Of a DNA stretch of 64,000 nt, positions 11,811-23,540 are shown piece by piece. A program made the translations under genes and the position numbers. The notes under the pieces were generated by a model. The model was not told where the DNA came from, ran no database searches, and saw only the letters and a program-made list of their open reading frames with translations. Positions within the stretch are counted from its first letter, which is position 1, and each line of letters starts with the position of its first letter. This DNA is from Trichoplax sp. H2. Its lineage: Eukaryota. The stretch covers positions 124,001 to 188,000 of the forward strand of contig NOWV01000106.1 in assembly GCA_003344405.1 (NCBI GenBank), given 5' to 3'.

Positions 11811-14800
11811 CTATATGTTATTATTATCCGAACTATCTTCAGTGACTTCTGGAGGCCAGTCTAAATCAACGGACTAAATAATTAGATATACGATTAGCTG
11901 AATAGGTTATACTGTATACTATATAGGATCAACGTAAGTGATATGAAAAATAGAATGAAATAGGTATGGCTAGATCTTACTTCAACATCCAACTCCAGAA
12001 TATCGACTCCCATATTTAGTAGTGTACATAAGTTCGGCTTGGTTCTGCCCAAATCACCATGAACAAATTCCTTTATATAAGTGCCGGCCTGCGTGGTTAA
12101 GTATAGTTTAAAGTGATGGGCATCAAGATATTCGGTTTTCATCGACCAAATCATTCTGCAGCGAACAGCCAACGTTCGTCTGGAATTCCAATACAAGAAG
12201 AAACATTACGTCATAGTACTGATTTCACAATTACGATAATTTCTATCATGCTTATACCGGCATACTGATTGATGTAGTTAAAGTGCTGTATTACAAGACT
12301 GGCTGTGGCACCACCTTGACATCAATATTATAATTATTTACCTGTGTAGAACGCGCAGTGGTGTTTTCTGTTCTATTGTTAGCTCCTATCAAGTATGTAA
12401 TCGTTACTTATCATTCGGGTTATCGACAGTTATAATACCTAATTTCGACATTTATCACCTTCATATTGCATAAGGGCAGTATTTTATCTTCGTTGATAGT
12501 CTCGCTACAATATACTAAAGCACTGAATCATGATATTAACAAGTCTAGATTAGTAGCAGTAATGAAATAACTCGTCCTTTTCCACTACTCGATTCATTGT
12601 TATTAAATCCTGAAATATGCTTGCGAATACCTGTAAGTTTTCGTCTTGTTTTCTTCTCCATCTTTGAGTTTTGATGCATCCCACCTACGTCATGAATAAA
12701 TAGATCTTACTGATAATCATGGTTTATTTAATGTGTATATGATAAAACAATTAAATGATATAACAATAGACCTTTTCACCATTTGTAAGTCCTTAACTTT
12801 AATGCTATCTGTAGCAAAATTAATTTTCTAAAATGTCATAAAAGTAACTCGATGAGAAACAACGTCCTGCATATGCTGTAAAATTAACAACAGATAATAC
12901 AGTATATTAAGGCAGCGTACATTTTGTAACTGTAAAACCTCCATTTTTGTCATAAATGGTGAACGAGGATTTAGTATTTCAGCTATAAATGGACGTCCTA
13001 GCGTAAAATATTATGTACAAGGAAAACTCATAAATTATATATAACAATAAACATTGTATTTTATTGATATAGCTTCGATAGTTTACATTGTAAGTAACAT
13101 GATCATTCCTATCAATGAGATATTAATGATAGTAACCTTTCCCTAGCATACGAACATCAATGTCTTCACGACCAGAAGATGAAAATTTACAACCTGTAAG
13201 CCATATAACCGTTTTTACAATAAATATTACAGAATATGATAATTGCGACTAATGTACGCAATTATCTCATTGCAAGCAATTAACTATGACAGACCATCGG
13301 CATTCACTTTTGCTATGATTGGATCGCAGATAAGCTCCTACAATTTTGCATTATTATAATTTATTGAACTTAATTTTAATCCTTCATATGCGTTCGTATT
13401 AAATCCATATCTTATTTATAATTGTAAGATGAACTAGAGATACTATTCGTACCTGTACAGAAGTATCCCCTTTACGGATGCCATCTATAATCCAAGGCGT
13501 TTGACTGATAGTTCGATCGTACTTATTATATCGCCCTTTAGGTAATGATCAAATAGTAAGATTTTTTTTCATTGATATACGAATTACATGCAAGAATATT
13601 TGAAAAAAGAGCTTCTGTAACTATAGCTGGTATTTCTATTACACAGCTACAAGCATCTACAACTTTGGAATGGAATATGAACGTCGAAAATAAATGGTAG
13701 CACTTGCCAGCCATAAAAATTGATTGACGATTAAAGTTCACTTTATATGTAACTGATTCAGATGTAGATTTTGGGGGGTAAGAGCTATATCTAGGAAAAT
13801 TTAAAAATATGCAGTGATAATTAGTTACTATGAACATGGCTAAATAGTAACTAGGGTTTACTATATTTATACTTATACTTTCTAAATTCCTGGGAGGTAA
13901 TTGTTTGAAGGATATTTCGTACAGACGTTGCATTAAGCAGTGGACTACCACAATGTTTCTATAAATTGATTGTAATGTAAAAACAGATTCATTTTCTTAA
14001 GACGGCGTAGTTGCCATTGGTACAATATACCGTAAACTTATTCAAATTTTTAGCGCAGAAATATTACTTTAGAGAGGTGTGATCTCCGCCGCAATTTTCT
14101 CGGTGGGGATGAGGGGCTGACATAACTACAATTTACATAAAGAAGTTCATAAATTTAAGAAATAATTTATATTAGCTTTTTTGAAGAGTTATGTATGACT
14201 AGTAGTTGTACTATATAAAAGATGTTTATTTAATGGTACTTAAGCACAAAAGACTATTTTTTATTTTTTTTGGAGTACTTGTTAAAGAAGTCATCGTCAC
14301 TTTCGGATTCCGGAAATAAAAACTCTATCTTGACTTGAAATAAACTCTGTAACCATAGAAAATTAAAATAAGATCTTTCACAGACCGTAACAACGATTGA
14401 TAATTTAGTAGATACTAGCAAAATTTTACAACTAACCTGATATTTATGAATGACATTATAAAATTTATCTAACATTCCACCACAAATCCATTTAAACGCT
14501 TCTTTAACGGTAACAATATCTTCGTATTGGGAATACTTCTCATATCTATTTCTGTTTTAGGTATAAATTGAGGAATACAAAAAATGCAATATAGACCTTG
14601 TGACAGCACTGTTATAGACCGAGTAGTAATTAAGAATAACTTTCACACTGGTGATACATATGACTGTTATTGTATAGCTGAATCAAATTGGTTACATGAA
14701 GGAAATTGTAAATATATCACTCCGAACTATATACGTGCCTATTTGATATATTTCTGTGTACTGATCTAAATAATTTTTAACTCACTTAAATTGTTCCTGC

Positions 14801-15724
14801 AGATAGATCCAAATAGAATGCTAAATTAATTGCAAATTACTGTTAGCAGATATATTGATCTTTGAAATCAAGTTTATAACATTTAATATCCATGATGTAA
14901 AGGTTACCTCTCGTACGATAAAGGCAGGCGGAAGCGATACACATAAATCGTAGTCTTTATACTCATATAAAGATTCAGTAATATCCTTATGTAGCTACAG
15001 ATTTCAGTTTTAAGATATCTTACTAATAGCATTTGTAAACAATACCATCAATTGATATGAATGCATTCTCCTTAGAATAAAGTAAATTTCTATCAAGTAT
15101 GCAGATACCATACCTTCTCGACGAAACTTTTATCGCAATAATCTTGTAAAACACCTAAACATGTAGCGCATGGTATTTCTTTGATATCGTTCTGTTTTTG
15201 TTCGGAATTTTCGATTAAAGAATTCAACTGTTGCTCATTACTTGCATTACTTTGATAAGCTATTAAATCGCTACTAGTAAATTCACCAAGGGACTGTATG
15301 GTATCGTTTAAAACCTAATAAGAAAAGATTTGTAAGATTGAGTGACAACTATACAATTTAAGTTAAAGATTTTCGTTTTGTGTCGTGAATATAAAAAATT
15401 TATTTACTTCGCAGGAAATCATTTGCAATCTAATAAACATTTAGGAAGTAGACTAATAAATAAGGCACTTTAAAATTTTAGTTAGCTTTGATGGCTTAGC
15501 ATTGTTATCATTATAGAGAAATACTCTAAGTTAATGATAATTTATAGGCCTCATATACAATAAGACCTCCACACAAATCATCGATAACTTACGCAACGAG
15601 GTTGTTGGTAAACATCAATGTTTTTCTCGCCTAAAAAACGTAGAATGCATCTTGCGCAACAGGAAGCTCGCCGGAGTACATTGACAATTGGTCCAGCAGA
15701 ATTGGTAGGTTCAAATAAACGTAG
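11811..15724 (-). CDS. PUS10: tRNA pseudouridine synthase Pus10, multi-exon; start-codon exon upstream of 15724 not resolved
   Basis: N-terminal CCARCILRF; IFMAGRYNKYDRTISQTPWII; FSSSGREDIDVRMLG (catalytic Asp motif); QKTPLRVLHRR; TQAGTYIKEFVHGDLGRTKPNL; terminal SVDLDWPP; TAG stop at 11813-11811. Confidence 0.95.
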
Positions 15725-17457
15725 CTAAGGATAACAATTATGGATAAGAACTGTTATCAATGCACTTACTGCAAAAACATACAGCAACTCATAAGTCAAA
15801 TGTATGGTTTCCAATATGAGCAAATGAATTAGATCTTTAAGCAATATTTATAAATATTAATTTATGTATTTATTAATTATTTATTTATTAATACCAATAA
15901 GTAACTTTGCTCTTTAATATAATTCAGTACTACCGATTGTAGAATGAGATCCGTTGGACATAAAGTAATAGCATTTAGAGTAAGTTGAGCTAAAATAAGT
16001 CCATACATGTATTAGGCATCGTTAGATACTACATCGTAAAGCCATCACTAATCGGCAGTATGCAACTGTAGATCATACAGTATTTGTACTGTACTATAAT
16101 ATATTGCGTATTCTATGTTGTATAACATATTGTATAACTACTGAACTCTAGAAAGGAAGCAGAAAACAGAAACTACAATGCTCTATAACAACATGAAGGT
16201 ATACGAATTATCATTACAGTATACGTATGCGATTTCAGTTGTCGCTTTTTGTGCGTGTATAATGCATGCTCCATGCAGCTAGCAAAATGTATATTATTAT
16301 TTTTCTTATTAATAGTGAGTTGACCAAGTTTATCCAGAATCTAGATCGTGTGAGTAATAATACGCGAAATAATATACGTATAGTGCGATGATATCATGGT
16401 ATCCTAAGTACACAGGGCCTGCACAGAATAGAGCAATATACTCTACTGTATTGCATAGGTGGTAGTAGGCAGATGATGATGCAACTATCCAATTATAAAT
16501 TAATCAGACCTGCAGTTAATATAGCACAATATAAGGGAAATAGTTATCGATGTACTGTGGCTCTTTCGTTGTTGCAAAGCTCAACGAGCTAATTTTGCAA
16601 AGCACAGTAGGTCTTTTTATTTAGAATTGTAAATAGGCAATTGGCATATCATATCGTGTACAATACGAGTAGTCAACGTCGATATGATAGTTCATCTTGG
16701 TATCTCTCTATTTATCAGTATCCTTTATCATGATGAAAGTACAATTAAAAATGCCTCTTCCTCCAAATCATCCTCTCTTTACTCGTATGCATACGCACAA
16801 TATATTATGGCAATATTTCAAATTGGACGTGCACGTACATTTAAATAGTGTATCGTCGAATGGTAAAAAGTCACACAGGAAAAGAATCTTACTTGCGTTA
16901 TTAATTTTTTTGCAGCCATGCAATCTATACACCAAGTTGAAGGCAGTTCATTTATTTTATCTTAAAAAACTAACTAAATGACTGATATATTTGCTTCCAG
17001 TCGTGGATTGCTCTAGCGGTTTCGGATTTGCTGCAACTGGAGCTACTGAAGTTGAGTACTGATGATACACATTATACACTCTATACTGTACACTTTCTAG
17101 GAATGCTACTTTAGTATAGCGTATAGTACTGTAGCTAGTGTACTGGTACAGTCTGTATAGAACTGTACCATGGTCTCCGTAGCTATAGCATACTAGTGAT
17201 AGGTGCAAATTCTAAATCTAGAATTACTGCAGTAGTCGTCTGATCATTTAGGTTAAATAAATGAATTAATCTAGGGAAGATTAGAAGACGCTTATTCTTG
17301 ATTTCCTTACAATTAAATCTAGTAGTAGACTACCTAGCTAAGTTTATTATGTTCATTTAAGTACATGTAGGCAATTTTAAGGATATAATGTGATTGTAGC
17401 CAGTATTGGCAGGCTTGCTTCGTTTCCATTGAGTAGACAAGGCATTGAGATTCCATC

Positions 17458-19331
17458 ATGGAAGAAAATCAAGATCGCGATTATTGTGACAATAGACAGT
17501 ACCATAATGTTAAAACTTGGCCAGGAAAGTGTTCTGCATTCGATCAATCTCGTGATACTCATAATATTTTCATTTCCGTTGCTGGCATAACAGGTAAACT
17601 ATTTAAAATTCAGGCGCCTAGTCCCTGACCCTTTATTATTGCCATTTTAATGTTGATACAAATGGTTGAAGAAACTAATTTATTACAGCTTCTGGTAAGA
17701 CCTCTGTCACCAAAGCTCTTTCAAAATCACTTTGTGTACCTTCCTTTCATGAACCTGTACTGGATAACAACTATTTGCGCGATTTCTACCGTAATCCGAG
17801 GCGTCATGGTTTTGCTGTTCAGGTACAGTTATGAAATTGGTTTAATCGTCCGTTATACTCTATTACTCCTAATTATAATTTATTTAATGTATAGTACTGT
17901 AGGTGTATACGCCGATTGGTATATGAATTACTGCATAATTATACGTGTTTGCCTCCAGTAGTTTATTTCTTGCTCTATTTCTGTATATAATTTGTACGTG
18001 TACACTTAGTGTGTATTTTATAAATAAAGTTTTATGTAGAAACTTAACGATCTACGTATATCTAGACAAAGTATCACTTATGATTATCAATCAATCAATC
18101 CTCAACGTAATGCAATTGTAGATATCGCCTTTAGGCACGGATATTTCATGATCTGATGGATTATAATGATATACACATAATTATTAAAGATGCATATCAC
18201 ATACTATACGATGTACGTATACTCGTAAAATGGAATATACGTCGTATACACTAAGAAGGTTCATGTGCCTTGACGTTATGTTGGATAGTGTAAACTACAA
18301 TGTAGTCTTCTAATTCTAATTATTTATTGCTAGTTTTAGCGTCATATAGTTTATGGAACTAGTTAGGATTTGTGTACTGTGAGAGGACTACCAATGGTAC
18401 TACGACTTATGCCGTTTTTAAAGGAGAAACGTACTTACCCTTTTATTCCAATTTTGTAGGTTAATTTATTAAATGCTCATTTCCAGCAACAACAGCAAAT
18501 AGTTTGGCAAGGTCGAGGTGGAATTCAAGATAGATCTATCTACGAAGATCTTGTGTATGCTAAGGTAATATCAGACTAATATATTAAGATTGCTTGAAGT
18601 TATTTCTTAACTCGGTACTAAATAAATAAATTTCCTAGCTATTCCATGCTCACATTCATATATTCTATCACTAATGTACGGATCGATTTTTATCAATAAT
18701 AATTACAGGTGTTAAAAGACACTGGGCTAATGGAAGAAAGAGAATATAATACTTACACATCACTTTTTAACAATTTATCCAACTTTTTGTAAGTCAAGTT
18801 ATCCGCCTATGATATTTGAAGGGCATTAGATGCTAATATGATGCATGCATGTCAACGGTCAATATATTACTTAATACAGCAACCGTAATTGATCTATCTA
18901 GAAAGAGACCAAATTTAATCGTCTATCTCGATGTAACGCCTGAAGAATGTAAGGCACGAATTGACAAACGCGGCTGTAAAGGAGAATCGGGAATTACTAT
19001 CGAATATCTAAAATGTCTACAAAAAGGTTATGAAGAATTCATAACAGAAATGTCGCGTGTTCTCCCTGTAATCAGAATAAAATACAAAGAACTCCATTCT
19101 ACCGAAGATATCGCGAATATTGTCGTAAGGTTTGTTGATTACCTTAATGCGCAACATGTGTAAACATACAGAGATGAAAATTACCCTTTTTCTATTTGGC
19201 TTCAAAAATTGGCACAGATACTATTGAAACTCGACTAATCGTGACACCTAATCGTTCTGTATTTTTGCAACAGAAAATACGCAGAAATAACCTCTGTGTG
19301 GTTAATAGATCCAGAGAAATTTTCAAGATGA
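17458..19331 (+). CDS. Deoxynucleoside kinase of the Dictyostelium dAK / bacterial dAK-dGK type; exons 17458-17593, 17689-17822, 18460-18564, 18709-18788, 18902-19129, 19274-19331
   Basis: Spliced protein: IFISVAGITASGKTS (P-loop), HEPVLDNNYLRDFY, QQQQQIVWQGRGGIQDRSIYED, LFNNLSNFLKRPNLIVYLDVTPEEC..RI..RG...E.GITIEYL. All introns GT-AG and in phase. Confidence 0.9.
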
Positions 19332-20511
19332 AATAAGCTATGACTGTATTTTATTCACTATTTTATGTTGGATTCTTCAATTGATAGCGTGCAGACTTGC
19401 TGCATTTTACGTATAGCAAATAGAGAATGAATCCGGTTTTTATTGAGATGTAATTTAGCAGTTTACGAATTGCTAATTTATCAAGCATTGTTAGCCTAGG
19501 TTAGATCAATTGCAATTGAGCTTAATTGTCTTTGACCTTTACAGCTCTTGTTTTATATCGTAAGTTAATATTACACTGCATAGGTTTAGCTAGCCCGAAA
19601 ATTTATCTAGCTTTGACACTAATGTAATTTAGCAATTTATGAATTGTTAAATTCATTTAATATTATTACCCTATACTAGGTCAATTCTATTTGAGCATAA
19701 TTTCATTTTACTACATTTTGGATTATATTCGTGATACAAGGAGAATGGATCAACATGATACTAGACGGTTTTTATTTGTTCTAAATTTATAAGGTGCTTT
19801 ATCAATGGGATCGATTGAATCATCTACTATTATGCGTTTATATATATGTGCATTATAAAATTTTACTGCAGATAAAATTAGTAATTTCTAATATAATGAT
19901 CGTTATTACTCGTGGGTATGATGACATCTTTTTTTATAGTACTTGGATTGTTTCTTTTTTTTTTAAGCTAATACTCACAATAGCAGTTTGATCGTATGAA
20001 TTATTCCGTAGACTAACAGAGAATGACACAGAATGGAAATAAATGATATTATGGCTAAAGTGACTACTTGAGGAATAAAATAGAGAAAGTAATTGACGCC
20101 TTATGTCAGCTCTGAGTGCTCAATTCACCAGATGACAGTGACTCCATTATGATCGGGTGTAATGAATTTTATTTATTTATAGTGGTATTTAAACTCTTAA
20201 GTAGAGTACTAAAATGGTTCAATATGATGGATATTGTACTTCAAGGCTCTTGCATAGCCAGCTTAAGCTTGAAATTGAAAAGATTTTGCTGTTAATTCAG
20301 GCTTTAGCCTTGGCATATATAAACCATAAGGTGCTATCGTGTTTTAATTACTTATATATAGAAATTTAGAGTGAAGCATAGCGAGCGAGTGGTAACCGTT
20401 ATTACAGTGTAAAGGCTTCGAGTGTTGGGAGATATGAGAGCAGAAGTCGAAGTGTCAAGCATAGACATAAAAAGGTAAAAGCTAGTTGTCAGTGAAGTTA
20501 ATATCCTAATG

Positions 20512-21225
20512 GATACTCGTAGAAGGGTGAAATCGAATTTTTCTACTAGGCCATCAATTCATTGTCATTGAGTGATCTATGATTAGGCATTAGGCATAGA
20601 AGGCTGCAAAAACCGCTCGCTACTGTATGTGCTTTTTCTATGCAAATTTGCAATTTGTTACTTTGTGCTGTATAAAAGTAGGGTGGGTAATCAGGTCGGA
20701 TGTGGTGGGATCGATACTGGTAGATGAATGAAATGTAATTTTCCTACTAGGCCATGAATTAGTCGTCATTGAGTGATGGACAGTATGATTAGGCATAGAA
20801 GGCTGCAAAAGCCGCTAGCTACTGTATGTGCTTTTTCTATGCTAATTTGCAATTTGTTACTTTGTGCTGTATAAAAGTAAGGTGGGTATTAAGGTCGGAT
20901 GTGGTGGGATCGACACTGGTAGAAGAATGAAATGTAATTTTCCCACTACGCCATGAATTAATTGTCATTGAGTGATCTTTGATTAGGCATTAGGCATAGA
21001 AAGCTGGAAAAACCGCTAGCTATATGCTTTTTCTACGCTAATTTGCAATTTGTTACTTTGTGCTGCATAAAAGTAAGGTGGGTAATAAGGTTGGATGTGG
21101 CGGGATAGACACTGGTAGAAGAATGAAATTAAATTTTTTTTTCCTACCACGCCATGAATTAGTCGTCATTGAGTGATGTACACTGTACAGTACAGTATGA
21201 TTAGGCTAAGAAGGCTGCAAAAACC
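20512..21225. repeat. Tandem repeat family A (~196-201 bp unit), about 3.5 copies
   Basis: Unit starts GA(C/T)ACT(G/C)GTAGA at 20512, 20713, 20912 and 21108; shared TTTGCAATTTGTTACTTTGTGCTG(T/C)ATAAAAGTA. Confidence 0.95.
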
Positions 21226-21282
21226 ATGAGTTGTTCAGTAGTAAACCTATACAATTACGTACAGTAGAGTAAGACCGAAGTC

Positions 21283-21630
21283 AACACTAGTGTCACTCAC
21301 GAGTACTGTATGTCGACCTGCACTCGGTCAGTTGATACAACATTGTAGAATACAATGCGTATGGACGTACAGCAGCAAGTGAAACGCTACGAGTGACATC
21401 GTTTTGGGTGAAGCTGGTCTACAGAACACTAGCGTCACTCACGAGTATTTCGACCTGCATTCGGTCAGTTGATACAACATTGTACAGTAGAATACAATGT
21501 GTATGGACGTACAGCAGCAAGTGAATCGCTACGAGTGGCATCGTTTTGGGTGAAGCTGGTCTACAGAACACTAACGTCACTCACGAGTATTTCGAACTGC
21601 ACTCGGTCAGTTGATACAACATTGTAGAAT
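21283..21630. repeat. Tandem repeat family B (137-bp core unit, 142 bp here), about 2.5 copies, truncated by the gap
   Basis: Unit starts AACACTA at 21283, 21425 and 21567. Confidence 0.95.
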
Positions 21631-21650
21631 NNNNNNNNNNNNNNNNNNNN

Positions 21651-22152
21651 GACACTGGTAGAAGAATGAAATGTAATTTTCCCACTACGCCATGAATTAA
21701 TTGTCATTGAGTGATCTTTGATTAGGCATTAGGCATAGAAAGCTGGAAAACCCGCTAGCTATATGCTTTTTCTACGCTAATTTGCAATTTGTTACTTTGT
21801 GCTGTATAAAAGTAAGGTGGGTATTAAGGTCGGATGTGGTGGGATTGACACTGGTAGAAGAATGAAATGTAATTTTCCCACTACGCCATGAATTAATTGT
21901 CATTGAGTGATCTTTGATTAGGCATTAGGCATAGAAAGCTGGAAAACCCGCTAGCTATATGCTTTTTCTACGCTAATTTGCAATTTGTTACTTTGTGCTG
22001 TATAAAAGTAAGGTGGGTAACAAGGTCGGATGTGGTGGGATAGACACTGGTAGAAGAATGAAATTGAATTTTTTTTCCTACCACGCCATGAAGTAGTCGT
22101 CATTGAGTGATGTACACTGTACAGTATGATTAGGCAAAGAAGGCTGCAAAAA
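21651..22152. repeat. Tandem repeat family A, second block, about 2.5 copies of 196 bp
   Basis: Unit starts GACACTGGTAGAAG at 21651, 21847 and 22043. Confidence 0.95.
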
Positions 22153-22209
22153 CTGAGTTGTTCAGTATTAAACTCATACAATTACGTACAGTAGAGTAAG
22201 ACCGAAGTC

Positions 22210-22902
22210 AACACTAGTGTCACTCGCGAGTATGTCGACCTGCACTCGGTCAGTTGACACAACATTGTAGAATACAATGCGTATGGACGTACTCACGTAC
22301 AGCAGCAAGTGAATCGCTACGAGTGACATCGTTTTGGGTGAAGCTGGTCTACAGAACACTAGCGTCACTCACGAGTATTTCGACCTGCATTCGGTCAGTT
22401 GATACAACATTGTAGAATACAATGCGTATGGACGTACAGCAGCAAGTGAATCGCTACGAGTGACATCGTTTTGGGTGAAGCTGGTCTACAGAACACTAGC
22501 GTCACTCACGAGTATGTCGACCTGCACTCGGTCAGTTGATACAACATTGTAGAATACAATGCGTATGGACGTACAGCAGCAAGTGAATCGCTACGAGCGA
22601 CATCGTTTTGGGTGAAGCTGGTCTACAGAACACTAACGTCACTCACGAGTATTTCGAACTGCACTCGGTCAGTTGATACAACATTGTAGAATACAATGTG
22701 TACGGACGTACAGCAGCAAGTGAATCGCTACGAGTGACATCGTTTTGGGTGAAGCTGGTCTACAGAACACTAACGTCACTCACGAGTATTTCGAACTGCA
22801 CTCGGTCAGTTGATACAACATTGTAGAATACAATGTGTACGGACGTACAGCAGCAAGTGAATCGCTACCAGTGACATCATTTTGGGTGAAGCTGGTCTAC
22901 AG
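22210..22902. repeat. Tandem repeat family B, second block, 5 copies (145 bp, then 137 bp each)
   Basis: Unit starts AACACTA at 22210, 22355, 22492, 22629 and 22766; near-identical copies. Confidence 0.97.
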
Positions 22903-23540
22903 TACTACAGTGCAGTACACGTGTTCCGATTTCTAGTACTGCACTGTAGTAACTACTGTACTGTACTCTATGGAAGTAAATGTGCAGTACAGTGTTCTAG
23001 ACCGTATCATGCGCTACTAGATGCAGTATAGCAGCGTGATGAATTTCAATCTCCATTTTTCAAAATGAAATACAAAGGCCAAAAATGCATCGATTTTATT
23101 TCAATTTGATATAAATCGGTAATCAGATCATCCTCTTTTCATACCTATAACGTTGTACAGATTTTCTTTGGAAAATAAACCATAAAATATGCACTGATTT
23201 ATCTAGAAAGAAAATTCTTACCCACTCTACAAGTGGACACAGTACCAGGTATCTCTGGTAGTCTATGAGTGTACGTACTGTACCTACGGTAGTACGAAAC
23301 CCTACTGAAATAGGACAACATAACATTCATACTCTACTGTACGGTACTGTACAGGACAGCACCCTGTCTGATCTTCTACAGTACTTTACATTGTGAAGTA
23401 CAGTATCAAGTTGTCGACCAGGTTTTCACTCTGCTGTACAGTAGTTTTAACTTGCAAACTGACGACAACTGCAGTGTTATCCACAGCTTTTTTGTGATTG
23501 AAGAAGTGTTTCTCCAAAATCTTCAATCGAAAATTTAGAA

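Noticed and set aside
21283-22902. CRISPR-like array or hammerhead ribozyme array in the 137-bp repeats (minus strand has CTGACCGA...GAAA)
   Set aside because: Units are wholly repeated with no unique spacers and no cas genes in a eukaryotic context. The CUGANGA core is not matched, GAAA is absent from some copies, and stems I and III cannot be built.
20512-22902. Two genuine A+B composite blocks in tandem
   Set aside because: The blocks are separated by an N-gap and overlap in content, so they may be one locus assembled twice; copy number is unreliable.
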